Source of the DNA: an uncultured Eubacteriales bacterium | GTDB lineage: Bacteria > Actinomycetota > Coriobacteriia > Anaerosomatales > CAVRZR01 | Direction of reading: 5' to 3' | NCBI GenBank assembly: GCA_964354215.1 | Contig: CAYGYT010000001.1 | Coordinates: 75,199 to 139,198 of the forward strand | Length of the DNA stretch: 64,000 nt | In this document: one piece after another, positions 39,333 through 48,827 of the stretch | Layout of the letters: the number at the start of each line of letters is the position of its first letter | Numbering within the stretch: the first letter of the stretch is position 1 | Translations under genes and position numbers: made by a program | The notes under the pieces: generated by a model | Told to the model about the DNA's origin: nothing | The model's database searches: none | Seen by the model: the letters and a program-made list of their open reading frames with translations, nothing else

Positions 39333-39870
39333 GTGTCTGCAGCAGGTAAGCCGAGGTTGTCGTTTTGCAAAGATTGTTGGCGCGTTTCGCCCTCGGATGG
39401 GGTATACCTGTGATAGGTCGCCCGAACGTTGGGCGAGAAGTCCATCGGCCGCAAAGGAGTGGATGGGTACAGGTGAGAGACACCGACATAACCCAGACTC
39501 GACCGGGATGGCAGATGAAGGCCTTCGGCAGGCGGTACGGGTAACGGAAAACGGTTCGTACGTCACTGGTTCGTCGGTTCGAGAAGTTCGGACGAGGTGC
39601 CTGAAGGGGCACCTGCAACGGCAAGGATCGTAGAGCCGCCGAAGAGCTGGGCATAAGCCCTTGGAGCACTGGGGATGCGGACGGGAGCGGGAAGCTCGCC
39701 GGACAAGAGTCCCCAAGGATAGCCTTTTGGAGGGGTGCCTCGGGCGGTGCGAAGGCCATCCCGGTGTTCTTCTCTCAGATGCTGCGATAACCAGCAGCGT
39801 GAGAATGTCGAGTCGCACGGGCAGCAACGGAAGGGCGGACCCGAGAGGGCCCGCCCTTCTTGCTTCTCTT
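39333..39870 (+). ncRNA. candidate large structured RNA or structured 3' UTR, class unknown
   Basis: About 540 nt with no credible ORF on either strand and lower GC than neighbouring DNA. Many local hairpins, including AGGUGCC-UGAAGG-GGCACCU, UCGCCC-GAACGUU-GGGCGA and GGUG-AGAGA-CACC. An 11-bp perfect long-range complement joins 39502..39512 (ACCGGGAUGGC) and 39755..39765 (GCCAUCCCGGU). Ends in a plus-strand terminator. Strand assignment is tentative. Confidence 0.35.
39830..39870 (+). terminator. intrinsic terminator (may also serve glnK on the minus strand)
   Basis: GAAGGGCGGACCC-GAGA-GGGCCCGCCCTTC: 12 of 13 positions paired, GNRA loop, followed on the plus strand by TTGCTTCTCTT. Confidence 0.6.
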
Positions 39871-39888
39871 GGATCGACGCGGCAGCGG

Positions 39889-40227
39889 CTACAACGCGTC
39901 CGGGCCAGTCTCTCCCGTTCGAATTCGAACCACTTCCTCGACGGGTGTGACGAAGATCTTGCCGTCGCCGATGCGATTGGTTCTGGCGGCGGCCACTACG
40001 GCGTCGATTACGTCTTTGACCTGGTGGTCATGTACGACTGCGGTGATCGAGATCTTCGGCAGCAGATCGATGACGTACTCCTCGCCGCGCCATTGCTGCG
40101 TGATGCCCTTCTGGATGCCATGTCCTTTGACCTCGCAGACAGTAAGGCCGTGGTGACCAAGCCCGACGAGCGCGTCCTTGACCGACTCGAGGCGCTCGGG
40201 GCGGACAATCGATTCGATTCGCTTCAT
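39889..40227 (-). CDS. glnK: P-II nitrogen regulatory protein
   Basis: 112 aa, MKRIESIVRPERLESVKDAL...GDGKIFV. The T-loop region is present. Its start abuts the amtB stop (TAGATG). Confidence 0.95.
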   Translation of the reverse strand: MKRIESIVRPERLESVKDALVGLGHHGLTVCEVKGHGIQKGITQQWRGEEYVIDLLPKISITAVVHDHQVKDVIDAVVAAARTNRIGDGKIFVTPVEEVVRIRTGETGPDAL

Positions 40228-41901
40228 CTAGGTCTCACTCCCCGCAGGCTTCGGATGCCGATGTGAAGGTCCCATGGGGACCTCGTCAAGCGAACCCTCG
40301 CCGAGCGGGCCCGAGCCGGCCATGTCGGGGTACGCGAGCACGCCCATCTCGCCGGCGTCGAGGCCGGCGATCTCGTCCTCGGCTGAGGAACGCAGACCCA
40401 TGACGGCGCTCTGCACTCGGAAGAACGCGTAGTGCATGCCGAACGCCCACGCGAAGACGACGACGACCGCGACGCCCTGCGCGATGAGCTGGCTCGCATC
40501 GCCGTAGAAGAGGCCGCGCACGCCACCCTCGACGCCGTTCCAGCCGGCGCCGTAGCTGCCGTCGGCGAACAGGCCGAGCGCGATCATGCCCCACGCCCCG
40601 TTCACGCCGTGTACCGACGACGCACCGACGGGGTCATCGACCTTGAGCACACGCTCGATGAAGACGACGGATCCTACGACCAGGAAGCCGGCGATGGAGC
40701 CGATCAGGACCGCCGCCCACGGCGTGACGAAGGCGCAGGGGGCGGTGACGGCCACAAGGCCCGCGAGCATGCCGTTCACGGCCATGGAGGGGTCGGGGTG
40801 ACCCCACAGACGCCAGACCAGGAACATGGCCGCCATACAGCCGGCGGACGCCGCAAGCAGCGTGTTGCCGATGATCATCGAGAACCGGAGGTCCGTCGCC
40901 GAGAGTGTCGACATGCCGTTGAAGCCGAACCAGCCGAAGACAAGGATGATCGTGCCGAGGATCGCCATCGGGATGTTGTGGCCCGGGATGGCGACCGGCG
41001 TGCCATCCGCCTTGAACTTCCCAATGCGTGGCCCTAAGACGACTGCGCCGGCGAGTGCCGCGAATCCTCCGACTGCGTGTACGACCGAAGAGCCCGCGAA
41101 GTCGACAGCGCCGTGGCCGAGCCCGAAGTTGGCGCCGAGCGTAGCCAGCCAGCCGCCGCCCCAGACCCACATGCCGTAGATCGGGTAGACGATCGCGCCC
41201 ATGAACACACCGAACGGGATGAACGCGCTGAACTTCCAGCGCTCGGCCATCGCGCCGGTCACGATCGTCGCCGCCGTGTCCATGAACACGAGCTGGAACA
41301 GGAAGAACGCGAACACGCCGGGGTCGTACGTGCCGTCAGCCAGCGAGCCCACAAAGAAGCCCTTCGTACCGGCGAGCGCCTGGCCGGCCACCTTGATGGC
41401 CGGAGCCGTGAGGATGCCTTCGGCGCCGGGTGCCCAGTAGAACGCGCCCAGCGAACCGAATTGCAGTCCGAAGCCGAACGCCCAGTAGGCGAGCGCGCCC
41501 ACTGCGAAGATGACGAAGTTAGTCATTGCGACGTGCGCGGCGTTCTTCGCCCGGCAGAAGCCCGTCTCCACGAGCATGAAGCCCGCCTGCATGAAGAAGA
41601 TGAGCGCCATGCCGACGGTGATGAAGAAGATGTTGAGAGCCACTTTGGTGTTGCCTAGGTCGGCAGCGGCCTCCGCGAGGGTCGGAGCGCCCGCATTGGC
41701 TGAAGTCACCGCCGCGGCGCCACCGTAGTTGGAGCCCACCGGATCAGCGCCTGCGAACGCGACCATGACGGTCATGATCACGAGCGCGGCGAGCGCCAGC
41801 ACGCCGGTGCGTACCGCCGCCCTTCTGAGAATGCTCGGCATCTGCCCGCGCGCTGCGGCGATGTCGAAGTCGGCGAAACCTTTGACGAATCGAGTAAGCA
41901 T
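40228..41901 (-). CDS. amtB: ammonium transporter
   Basis: Amt family, multi-TM, with FGFNGMS-like and VHGVNGAWG motifs. Start moved to the ATG at 41901, which is preceded by AAGGAGGTGGAGG. Acidic C-terminal extension of about 60 aa. Confidence 0.92.
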   Translation of the reverse strand: MLTRFVKGFADFDIAAARGQMPSILRRAAVRTGVLALAALVIMTVMVAFAGADPVGSNYGGAAAVTSANAGAPTLAEAAADLGNTKVALNIFFITVGMALIFFMQAGFMLVETGFCRAKNAAHVAMTNFVIFAVGALAYWAFGFGLQFGSLGAFYWAPGAEGILTAPAIKVAGQALAGTKGFFVGSLADGTYDPGVFAFFLFQLVFMDTAATIVTGAMAERWKFSAFIPFGVFMGAIVYPIYGMWVWGGGWLATLGANFGLGHGAVDFAGSSVVHAVGGFAALAGAVVLGPRIGKFKADGTPVAIPGHNIPMAILGTIILVFGWFGFNGMSTLSATDLRFSMIIGNTLLAASAGCMAAMFLVWRLWGHPDPSMAVNGMLAGLVAVTAPCAFVTPWAAVLIGSIAGFLVVGSVVFIERVLKVDDPVGASSVHGVNGAWGMIALGLFADGSYGAGWNGVEGGVRGLFYGDASQLIAQGVAVVVVFAWAFGMHYAFFRVQSAVMGLRSSAEDEIAGLDAGEMGVLAYPDMAGSGPLGEGSLDEVPMGPSHRHPKPAGSET

Positions 41902-42136
41902 TCGCCTCCACCTCCTTGTCGGATAGTGGTCCGAGTGAACGGACCGTTTCAGGGACATGAGGTGCCGTACGTCTTTGGACGGCGGGGCTCCGGGGTGCGC
42001 TCGCCCGGGGCGGGCTTGTGAGGTTCAGCCTGCTCAAAGGGTCGGGGGTCTATGTTGCGAAGTGGTTTCGGCGCTCGAACGCTCTCGTGAAACCTGCGTT
42101 GCAGTCCCGTCGGGGCACCCCGACTGGAGCGGTGCC

Positions 42137-43891
42137 TCAGCCTCGCTGCTCGAGCAGTTCGCACATGGCGTGAAGAGCGCTGCCCATGCCGAGCGGGGCC
42201 CACTCGGCAAACGACGCTGAGCGCTCGAGGACCTGTTCGGCCGTTGCCGACATGCCGGACGCTCTCACACCGTGCGCCGCGAGACTCAACGCAGCGAGGG
42301 CGGCAAGATGCGGGCCGCTGGGGGTTGGGCCGTCGTGCCGCTCCCGCGGCCTGAGAGGAAGCTCGGTGGATGCTGGTGTCATGAACCACACCCCGTCAGA
42401 GGCGAAGGTCGCCTCTGCGGCGGCCAGGATGCGCTCTGCTGCACCGAGGAACTCTCGCTCGTCAGCTGTCTCGAACGCGCGGACTGCCGCGAGGGCCAAG
42501 GCAGCCGCGTCGTCGAGAACCTGCGGGGCCGGTTGATGCGTGTCGCCCACGATCCGCCGCACCTGGCCGTCGGCGCCCGCCGCCTCAGCCAGAAGGAACC
42601 GCACGAGCTCTACGCCCCGCTTTGTGATTGCGTCATCGCCGACGGCGGCGCCGGCGTCCATCAGGCCGATGGCGGCAAGCGCGTTCCAGGACACGATCAC
42701 CTTGCCGTCGCGGTCGGGCTGGGGCCGCCGCTGCCGCCGTGAGAAGAGCCGGGACAACAGCGCGTTCACGCGTGGGTCGTCGTCCAGATTCTCTCGCGTC
42801 AGGATGACGCTCCCCTCCCAGTTGCCTTCGCGCGATACGCCGAGATGCTCGCGAGCGAGGGCGAGTTCCTCGGCATCGAGCAGCGACTCGAGCTCCTCCC
42901 AGCCCCAGACGTAGGTCGCGCCCTCTTCCCCTTGCGTGTCGGCCGAGAGCGACGAGGCGTAGCCGCCGGATGGCATGAGCAGATCGCGCTCGAGGAATGC
43001 CGCGGTGTCGCCCATGGCGCGTCGCCACGCATCACGCGGTCGTCGGATGTGCAGCCCTGCGAGGGTCGAGAGCAGCTGCGCGTTGTCGTAGAGCATCTTC
43101 TCGAAGTGCGGCACGAGCCACCGGTCGTCGACGGAGTAGCGCGCGATGCCGCCGCCCGCCTGGTCGTAGATGCCACCGCCGACGATGCCGACTGCCTCCG
43201 CCTCGACCAGCGCGAGAGCCCGTTCGTCGCCGGTGATTCGGTGGTACGCGAGCAGGAACTGGGCGACCGTCGGTTGCGGGAACTTGGGCGCACTGCCGAA
43301 GCCGCCGTTGACCGGGTCTGCCTCGTCCAGCACCGCCGAGAAGGCCAGATCCACAACTCCACGTGTGGCGGCCCCGGGTTTCGGTGGGGCGAACATCACT
43401 CGGAGGTAGTCCATGGCGTCTTCGGCAGAACGCGCGACCACGTCGGGCTGGAGCGAGAACGAGGTGCTGATGCGCTCGAGGATGCTTTGAAACGACGGCA
43501 CTCCAGGGTGCGATTCGGGCGGGAAGTACGTGCCGCCGAAGACCGGTCGAAGCTCGGGGGTAAGAATGACGCTCATCGGCCAGCCTCCGTGTCCGGTGGC
43601 CGCGACTACGTACGCCAGGTAGAGCTCGTCGACGTCGGGCCGCACCTCGCGGTCGACCTTCACCGAAACGTAGCGGTCGTTGAGAAGGCCCGCGGTCGCC
43701 GGATCGCGGAACGACTCGCGCTGCATGACATGGCACCAGTGGCACGACGCGTAGCCGACGGAGAGGAAGATCGGGCGCTCGGTCTCGCGCGCGTGCGCGA
43801 AGGCCTCTTCGCCCCACGGATACCAATCGACCGGATCGTCCGCGTGCTGGCGGAGATACGGAGAGGATGCACGTGCGAGGCGATTCGGCAT
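42137..43891 (-). CDS. thioredoxin-domain (DUF255, YyaL-like) protein with C-terminal (alpha/alpha)6-barrel-like region
   Basis: Trimmed to the ATG at 43891 (MPNRLARASSPYLRQHADDPVDWYPWGEEAF...). Motif VGYASCHWCHVM is typical of DUF255. Confidence 0.85.
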   Translation of the reverse strand: MPNRLARASSPYLRQHADDPVDWYPWGEEAFAHARETERPIFLSVGYASCHWCHVMQRESFRDPATAGLLNDRYVSVKVDREVRPDVDELYLAYVVAATGHGGWPMSVILTPELRPVFGGTYFPPESHPGVPSFQSILERISTSFSLQPDVVARSAEDAMDYLRVMFAPPKPGAATRGVVDLAFSAVLDEADPVNGGFGSAPKFPQPTVAQFLLAYHRITGDERALALVEAEAVGIVGGGIYDQAGGGIARYSVDDRWLVPHFEKMLYDNAQLLSTLAGLHIRRPRDAWRRAMGDTAAFLERDLLMPSGGYASSLSADTQGEEGATYVWGWEELESLLDAEELALAREHLGVSREGNWEGSVILTRENLDDDPRVNALLSRLFSRRQRRPQPDRDGKVIVSWNALAAIGLMDAGAAVGDDAITKRGVELVRFLLAEAAGADGQVRRIVGDTHQPAPQVLDDAAALALAAVRAFETADEREFLGAAERILAAAEATFASDGVWFMTPASTELPLRPRERHDGPTPSGPHLAALAALSLAAHGVRASGMSATAEQVLERSASFAEWAPLGMGSALHAMCELLEQRG

Positions 43892-44054
43892 GGTGGCTCC
43901 TGCCTGGGTGGTCGCGCCAACAGGGCGTTTGCCTGGTTCTTTCCCCGCAGGCAGGCGGTTGTGGCGCCCGGGAGACTGCGTCCGCGGGCAGGTCGTCACC
44001 TCGCTCGCGGACTCGCCGAGAACGGCACGACGGATGCTATACTCTCCCGCGCAC

Positions 44055-44130
44055 GGGGACGTAGCTCAGTTGGGAGAGCGCGGGCTTTGCAAGCCTGAGG
44101 TCGAGGGTTCGAGCCCCTTCGTCTCCACCA
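44055..44130 (+). tRNA. tRNA-Ala (anticodon TGC), CCA encoded
   Basis: Acceptor GGGGACG/CGTCTCC with the G3:U70 Ala identity pair, anticodon loop TT-TGC-AA, T-arm GGTTCGAGCCC, 3' ACCA. Confidence 0.95.
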
Positions 44131-44180
44131 GAACACACACGCGAGGCAGGCATGCGCCCGCGTCGCGCTATGCTTGGCCC

Positions 44181-44726
44181 ATGGACGTCCTCAGTGGCAT
44201 AGCGCTCGCGGCGCCCGCGGGACTGAACGCCTACATCCCTCTGCTCGGTGTTGCGCTCGCTGAGCGATTCGGGTGGCTCGTCTTGCGCGAGCCCTTCGAC
44301 ATCCTCGGCGAGTGGTGGATGATCGCGCTCATCGCCGCGCTGCTGGCGATCGAGATCGTCGCCGACAAGATCCCTGCGGTTGACCACGCGAACGATGCCG
44401 TACAGACGATCGTGCGCCCGGCGGCTGGTGGTCTCTTGGCTGTGTCGGCGTCGGGGGCGGGAACGATGAGCACGGTGGCGCTCGTCGTGGTCGGTGTGCT
44501 GCTCGCGGGTGGCGTCCACTCGGCGAAGGCGGCCGCACGGCCGGTGATCAACGCGACTACGGGCGGGGTTGGAGCGCCGATCGCTTCGACAACGGAAGAC
44601 GTCGGCGCAGCCGGCCTGACCGTCCTTGCCATCGCCGCCCCCCTGCTCGCGCTTCTTGTTGTGGCAGCCCTGTTGACCTGGGTGGCTTGGGCAGTACGAC
44701 GACGACTCCGCGGGCGCAGCGGCTGA
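44181..44726 (+). CDS. DUF4126 domain-containing membrane protein
   Basis: Trimmed to the ATG at 44181 because the track ORF's upstream part runs across the tRNA-Ala gene. MDVLSGIALAAPAGLNAYIPLLGVALAERFGW...EIVADKIP. Confidence 0.7.
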   Translation: MDVLSGIALAAPAGLNAYIPLLGVALAERFGWLVLREPFDILGEWWMIALIAALLAIEIVADKIPAVDHANDAVQTIVRPAAGGLLAVSASGAGTMSTVALVVVGVLLAGGVHSAKAAARPVINATTGGVGAPIASTTEDVGAAGLTVLAIAAPLLALLVVAALLTWVAWAVRRRLRGRSG

Positions 44727-44730
44727 GCGG

Positions 44731-46065
44731 TCACGCGGCGCGGAGGCTTGGCCGAGTCCAGCCCCATGCGGCAGCGGCCACCACCATAGCCCCGACGGCG
44801 AGGATCACGACCGGCATGCTCACGCTGTTCACCGCGACGCCGGCGAGCACGAGGCTCGCGGCGCTCGCGAGCCGGGTGATCGTCTGGCGTGCGGCAAGCA
44901 CGCGGCCCCGGAGCTCCTCTCGGCTCACCTGCTGGACCAACGTGATGCTCGGGATGAGGAACCACATGTTGGCGATCCCGCTCGCCAGCAGGAGCGGGGC
45001 GGCGAGCCAGATGGAGTTCGCGGCGGCCACGGCTGCGAAGATGAGGCCGAACGCCGTCAGCCCGCCGAGCACCTTCAAGCCGGGGGAGTCGGTGCCGCTG
45101 CGGCCCACCGTGATCGTCCCGATGAGAAGCCCCACCGTGATCGCCCCGTCGAGCAGGGCAAGGCCAAAGGCCCCCGCGTGGTAGCGCTCGAGAGCGAGGC
45201 CGTATCCGAGTGTGAGCGATGCGCCCAGCCCGACAGCGGCGAAGGCCCACAGTGCCAGCAGGTCACGCAGGAGTCGGGTGCTCCAGATGTATCGCGCACC
45301 CTCGGCCACGTCGGCGAAGATGCCGGCGGAAGGGTCCGTCTCGGCAGGCGGATCGAGTTCGACCTCGGCTGCCGAGAGAAGTGCGGCAGGCATCGCGTCG
45401 TCGCGGGTGAACGACGACGTCTCCAGCAGCGGGAGATCCGCGCCCTCGAGTTCGGCACGAATCGCCCCCGCACTCGCACGGGGCGCGGCGCGGTGGGCGA
45501 TGAGCGCGATCATGCCCGCCGAGAACAGGTACGAGACCGCGTCGAGGGTGAACGCGCGCGCGTAGCCGAGCACGCCGACGACCACGCCCGCGAAGGCAAG
45601 CCCCGCGAGTTCTGAGATTGCCGATGACGCATTGTCCAGCGAGTTCGCCGCGAGCAGTTCGTCGTCGGGCACGAGCTGGGGGATAAGTGAGAGCTTCGCG
45701 GGCTCGAAGAACAGCGCGATCGTCGCGACCGAGAACGCGAGCAGGTACGCCGAGACCACGCCGCCATTCGCCATCGCCCAAGGGATGAGCAGCACCAGGC
45801 CTGCCCGGAGCACGTCGGCGCCGATCATCGTGCGCCGACGATCCCAGCGGTCCACGTACGCGCCGGCTAGGAGGCCGAACAGCGCAGAAGGCAGTACGGT
45901 GACCCCGAGCATGACGCCCATCTGGAGCATCGACCCGGTGATCTTGTAGACCATGATGCCCATGGCGATCTGGTTGAGCTTGTCGCCCACGACCGACACC
46001 ATCTGGCCGATCCACAGCTTGCGGTAGTCGGCAACTCTGAGTGGTGCAAGGACTCCGACGCTCAC
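44731..46065 (-). CDS. MFS transporter
   Basis: About 12 hydrophobic segments. N-terminal ...YRKLWIGQMVSVVGDKLNQIA. Start placed at the GTG at 46065 (GGAGGG upstream). The ATG at 46152 is the alternative. Confidence 0.8.
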   Translation of the reverse strand: MSVGVLAPLRVADYRKLWIGQMVSVVGDKLNQIAMGIMVYKITGSMLQMGVMLGVTVLPSALFGLLAGAYVDRWDRRRTMIGADVLRAGLVLLIPWAMANGGVVSAYLLAFSVATIALFFEPAKLSLIPQLVPDDELLAANSLDNASSAISELAGLAFAGVVVGVLGYARAFTLDAVSYLFSAGMIALIAHRAAPRASAGAIRAELEGADLPLLETSSFTRDDAMPAALLSAAEVELDPPAETDPSAGIFADVAEGARYIWSTRLLRDLLALWAFAAVGLGASLTLGYGLALERYHAGAFGLALLDGAITVGLLIGTITVGRSGTDSPGLKVLGGLTAFGLIFAAVAAANSIWLAAPLLLASGIANMWFLIPSITLVQQVSREELRGRVLAARQTITRLASAASLVLAGVAVNSVSMPVVILAVGAMVVAAAAWGWTRPSLRAA

Positions 46066-46261
46066 GCGCCCTCCAGTCTGAGCCGAGCGTGACGCAATTG
46101 TAGCGTTCGCGCTCGCACACGGGCGGGCGGCCTCGTACGCCGCTCGAGTCACTGGCTCGAACGGATTGCGGGCGCGCGCTCGGGCGAATAATCTGCAACG
46201 ATGGACGGGGGGACGCGCCGTCTACGGCCTCGCCTGGACGCATCGATGGACGAAGGATGCC

Positions 46262-48151
46262 ATGACTCGCCCACTCAAGCAGGTGCTGCTCGGCAATCCG
46301 CTCGACACGCGTGAGGCGGCACACCAGCGCCTGACCAACCCCATCGCCCTCGCCGTCTTCTCGAGCGACGCACTGTCCTCCGTCGCGTACGCCACCGAAG
46401 AGATCCTCATCATGCTCTTGCTCGCGGGCTCCCTCGCTCTTCGGCTGGCCATGCCCATCGCCATCGCTATCGCCATCCTGCTCGTGGTGGTCGTCATCTC
46501 GTACCGGCAGACCATCAAGGCCTACCCCTCGGGTGGCGGTGCCTACATCGTCGCCAAGGAGAACCTGGGCACCGTGCCGGGACTCGTAGCGGGAGCATCC
46601 CTGCTCGTGGACTACATCCTTACTGTCGCCGTGTCCGTCTCGGCTGGCACGGCAGCCATTACCTCGGCGATCACCGCGCTCGCGCCGTTCCGCGTCTACA
46701 TCGCGGTCGTGCTCGTGATGCTGCTCGCGGCGGCGAACCTCCGCGGCGTTCGAGAGTCGGGTGCGGTGTTCGCGGGGCCGACGTACTTCTTCGTGGCGAT
46801 GCTCGGTCTGCTCATCGTGGTCGGGCTGTTCAAGTACGCGACTGGGGGCACCATCGAGGTCTCGAGCGAGGTTGTCCCCGGCGTGAGCGATCTGACGCTC
46901 TTCATCATCCTGAAGGCGTTCGCGTCCGGGTGCACGGCCATGACGGGCGTCGAGGCGATCGCCAACGGCGTTCAGGCGTTCAAGGAACCCGCCGCCAAGA
47001 ACGCACGCGAGACGCTCGTCTGGATGGGCGGCATTCTCCTCGTTCTGTTCCTCGGCACGACCGCCCTCGCGCAGCTCAGCCACGTCGTGCCGTCGGAGAG
47101 CGAGACCGTGGTAAGCCAGCTCGCGCGCGGCGTCTTCGGCACCGGCATCCTCTACTACCTCCTGCAAGCGGCCACGGCCGCCATCCTCGTCATCGCCGCC
47201 AACACCTCGTACGCCGACTTCCCGAGGCTCGGCTCGTTCATGGCCGGTGACGGATTCCTGCCCAAGCAGTTGCGGGACCGTGGCTCCCGGCTCGTGCACA
47301 CGAACGGCATCCTCCTGCTCACGGGCGTTGCGATACTACTCATCGTTGTCTTCCAGGGCAGCACGACGCGCCTCATCCCGCTCTACGCCGTGGGTGTCTT
47401 CACGTCATTCACGTTGTCGCAGGCGGGCATGGTCGTGCACTGGCTGCGGTGCAGGGAAGAGGGCTGGCACTGGAGCATCGCGGTCAATGGCGCTGGCGCC
47501 GTCACGACCGGTGTGGTCACCGTGGTGATTGCCGCCGCCAAGTTCACCCTCGGCGCCTGGATCGTCCTCGTCGTGATCCCGATCCTTGTTCTGAACTTCT
47601 TGTGGATCAAGCGTCAGTACGACGGTGTGGCCGATCGGCTTCGCATGCCTCGCGACGCTCAACTCAAGCTCAACTGGCAGTCGGCGAAACGCCTGCACAA
47701 CCACGTGGTTGTGCTCGTCGCCTCGATCGACCGGCGTATCGTGCGAGCGCTTCAGTACGCGCGGTCGCTCAAGGCCGACTCGATAGAAGCGATCTTCGTC
47801 GACGTGACGAGCGACAAGGCCGAGGAAATGCGTCGAATGTGGGACGAGTGCGATTTCGGCGTTCGTCTCACGGTGATCGATTCGCCGTATCGCGAGATCA
47901 TCGAGCCGATCCGCAAGTACATTCACGATCTCCCGCGACCCACGGAAGACCACGTGGTCACGGTCATCCTGCCCGAGTTCGTCCCCGAGGACCTCGTGGA
48001 CAACATCCTTCACGACCAGACGTCGTTCTGGATCAAGCGCGTGCTCTTCTTCGAGCCGGGCGTCATCGTCACCGACGTCCCGTACCACTTGGCACGCGAT
48101 GAAGGAGGGTCCACTCGGCCGAAGGGCCCTGAGCCCCAGGCCCCGAGCTAG
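46262..48151 (+). CDS. APC-superfamily permease with cytoplasmic C-terminal domain (Rv2690c-like)
   Basis: Trimmed to the ATG at 46262. N-terminal LGNPLDTREAAHQRLTNPIALAVFSSDALSSVAYATEEIL and about 12 TMs. Adjacent to two TrkA-type genes, as in the mycobacterial ceoB/ceoC locus. Confidence 0.8.
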   Translation: MTRPLKQVLLGNPLDTREAAHQRLTNPIALAVFSSDALSSVAYATEEILIMLLLAGSLALRLAMPIAIAIAILLVVVVISYRQTIKAYPSGGGAYIVAKENLGTVPGLVAGASLLVDYILTVAVSVSAGTAAITSAITALAPFRVYIAVVLVMLLAAANLRGVRESGAVFAGPTYFFVAMLGLLIVVGLFKYATGGTIEVSSEVVPGVSDLTLFIILKAFASGCTAMTGVEAIANGVQAFKEPAAKNARETLVWMGGILLVLFLGTTALAQLSHVVPSESETVVSQLARGVFGTGILYYLLQAATAAILVIAANTSYADFPRLGSFMAGDGFLPKQLRDRGSRLVHTNGILLLTGVAILLIVVFQGSTTRLIPLYAVGVFTSFTLSQAGMVVHWLRCREEGWHWSIAVNGAGAVTTGVVTVVIAAAKFTLGAWIVLVVIPILVLNFLWIKRQYDGVADRLRMPRDAQLKLNWQSAKRLHNHVVVLVASIDRRIVRALQYARSLKADSIEAIFVDVTSDKAEEMRRMWDECDFGVRLTVIDSPYREIIEPIRKYIHDLPRPTEDHVVTVILPEFVPEDLVDNILHDQTSFWIKRVLFFEPGVIVTDVPYHLARDEGGSTRPKGPEPQAPS

Positions 48152-48816
48152 GCTCCGCCGATGCCGAGCGCGCGGAGCACCCCGCTGCGCTGTTCGCACG
48201 TCGAAAGCAGTACGAGCTCATCGCCCTCTCCGAGCACAGTATCCCCGTGCGGGATGACGACGCCCACGCCCGGCGAGATGATCGCGGCTATCTGGGTCTC
48301 TTCGGGCATGCGGATGTCGGCGAGGCGCTGACCGATCGATTGCGCGCCGCTCGGCAGGGTGACCTCCTCGATGGTAACGCCCTCGGCCTGCAGGCTCATG
48401 AGCGTTATGAGATCGCCGATACCGACCTCCTTCTCCACCAGGTTGTGGAGGATGGACGCCGAGGACACCGCGATGTCGACACCCCACTCCTTGGTGAAGA
48501 GCCACTCGTTCTCGGGGTGGTTCACGCGCGCGAAGACCGACTTGGCGCCGAAATGCTTCGAGAGAGTGGCCACGACAAGGTTGTCCTCGTCGTCGCCCGT
48601 GACCGCGACGACGAGGTCGGTCTGGTCCGAGACGGCCATGCTGAGCACGGTGGGCTCGGCGGCATCCCCGCGAATCACGCGCACGGACGGGAGGCGAGTC
48701 CTCACACGCTCGGCCCTCTCGGGGCGCTGGTCGATCACGGTCACCTCATGCGACCGCCACAGCTTGTCGGCGAGGAACGCCCCCGACTTGCCCGCTCCCA
48801 CGATGGTGATCAGCAT
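48148..48816 (-). CDS. TrkA-family K+ transport regulatory protein (RCK N+C domains)
   Basis: MLITIVGAGKSGAFLADKL Rossmann motif, with a C-terminal TrkA_C-like region. Confidence 0.85.
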   Translation of the reverse strand: MLITIVGAGKSGAFLADKLWRSHEVTVIDQRPERAERVRTRLPSVRVIRGDAAEPTVLSMAVSDQTDLVVAVTGDDEDNLVVATLSKHFGAKSVFARVNHPENEWLFTKEWGVDIAVSSASILHNLVEKEVGIGDLITLMSLQAEGVTIEEVTLPSGAQSIGQRLADIRMPEETQIAAIISPGVGVVIPHGDTVLGEGDELVLLSTCEQRSGVLRALGIGGA

Positions 48817-48827
48817 AGTGCGGCTCC

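Noticed and set aside
39331-39380. RNase P RNA on the minus strand. The reverse complement reads ACGACAACCUCGGCUUACCUGCUG, resembling the P4 3' strand and end of bacterial RNase P (ACGACAGAACCCGGCUUAUCGG).
   Set aside because: I could not find the obligatory partner GAGGAAAGUCC-type P4 5' strand or other universal RNase P motifs on that strand. The plus strand has GAGAAGUCCAUCGG but no complementary 3' partner. The resemblance is treated as chance, and a covariance-model scan should confirm this.
39466-39530. TPP-riboswitch-like fragments (GUGAGAGA ... AACCC ... CGACCGGGAUGGC).
   Set aside because: Only loose similarity to the CUGAGA/ACCC/CCUGAUCUGGAUAAUGCC consensus. No thiamine-related or any other plus-strand gene lies downstream before the terminator.
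39273-39827. ORFs inside the structured intergenic region: 39273..39827 (-), 39325..39759 (-), 39397..39633 (+).
   Set aside because: No RBS, no GC3 bias, and implausible composition rich in Arg, Cys, Pro and Ser. The region is better explained as non-coding.
41902-42136. Possible nitrogen-regulator (GlnR-type GTnAC-N6-GAAAC) half-sites upstream of amtB, for example GTGAACGGACCGTTTCA and GAAC...GTGAAAC.
   Set aside because: Spacing and sequence deviate from the consensus as I remember it, and the match is no better than expected by chance in a 235-nt region.
43890-44180. N-terminal 97 codons of track ORF 43890..44726.
   Set aside because: This part runs straight across the tRNA-Ala gene (44055..44130) and overlaps the start of the DUF255 gene on the other strand. 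The DUF4126 homology begins at the ATG at 44181.
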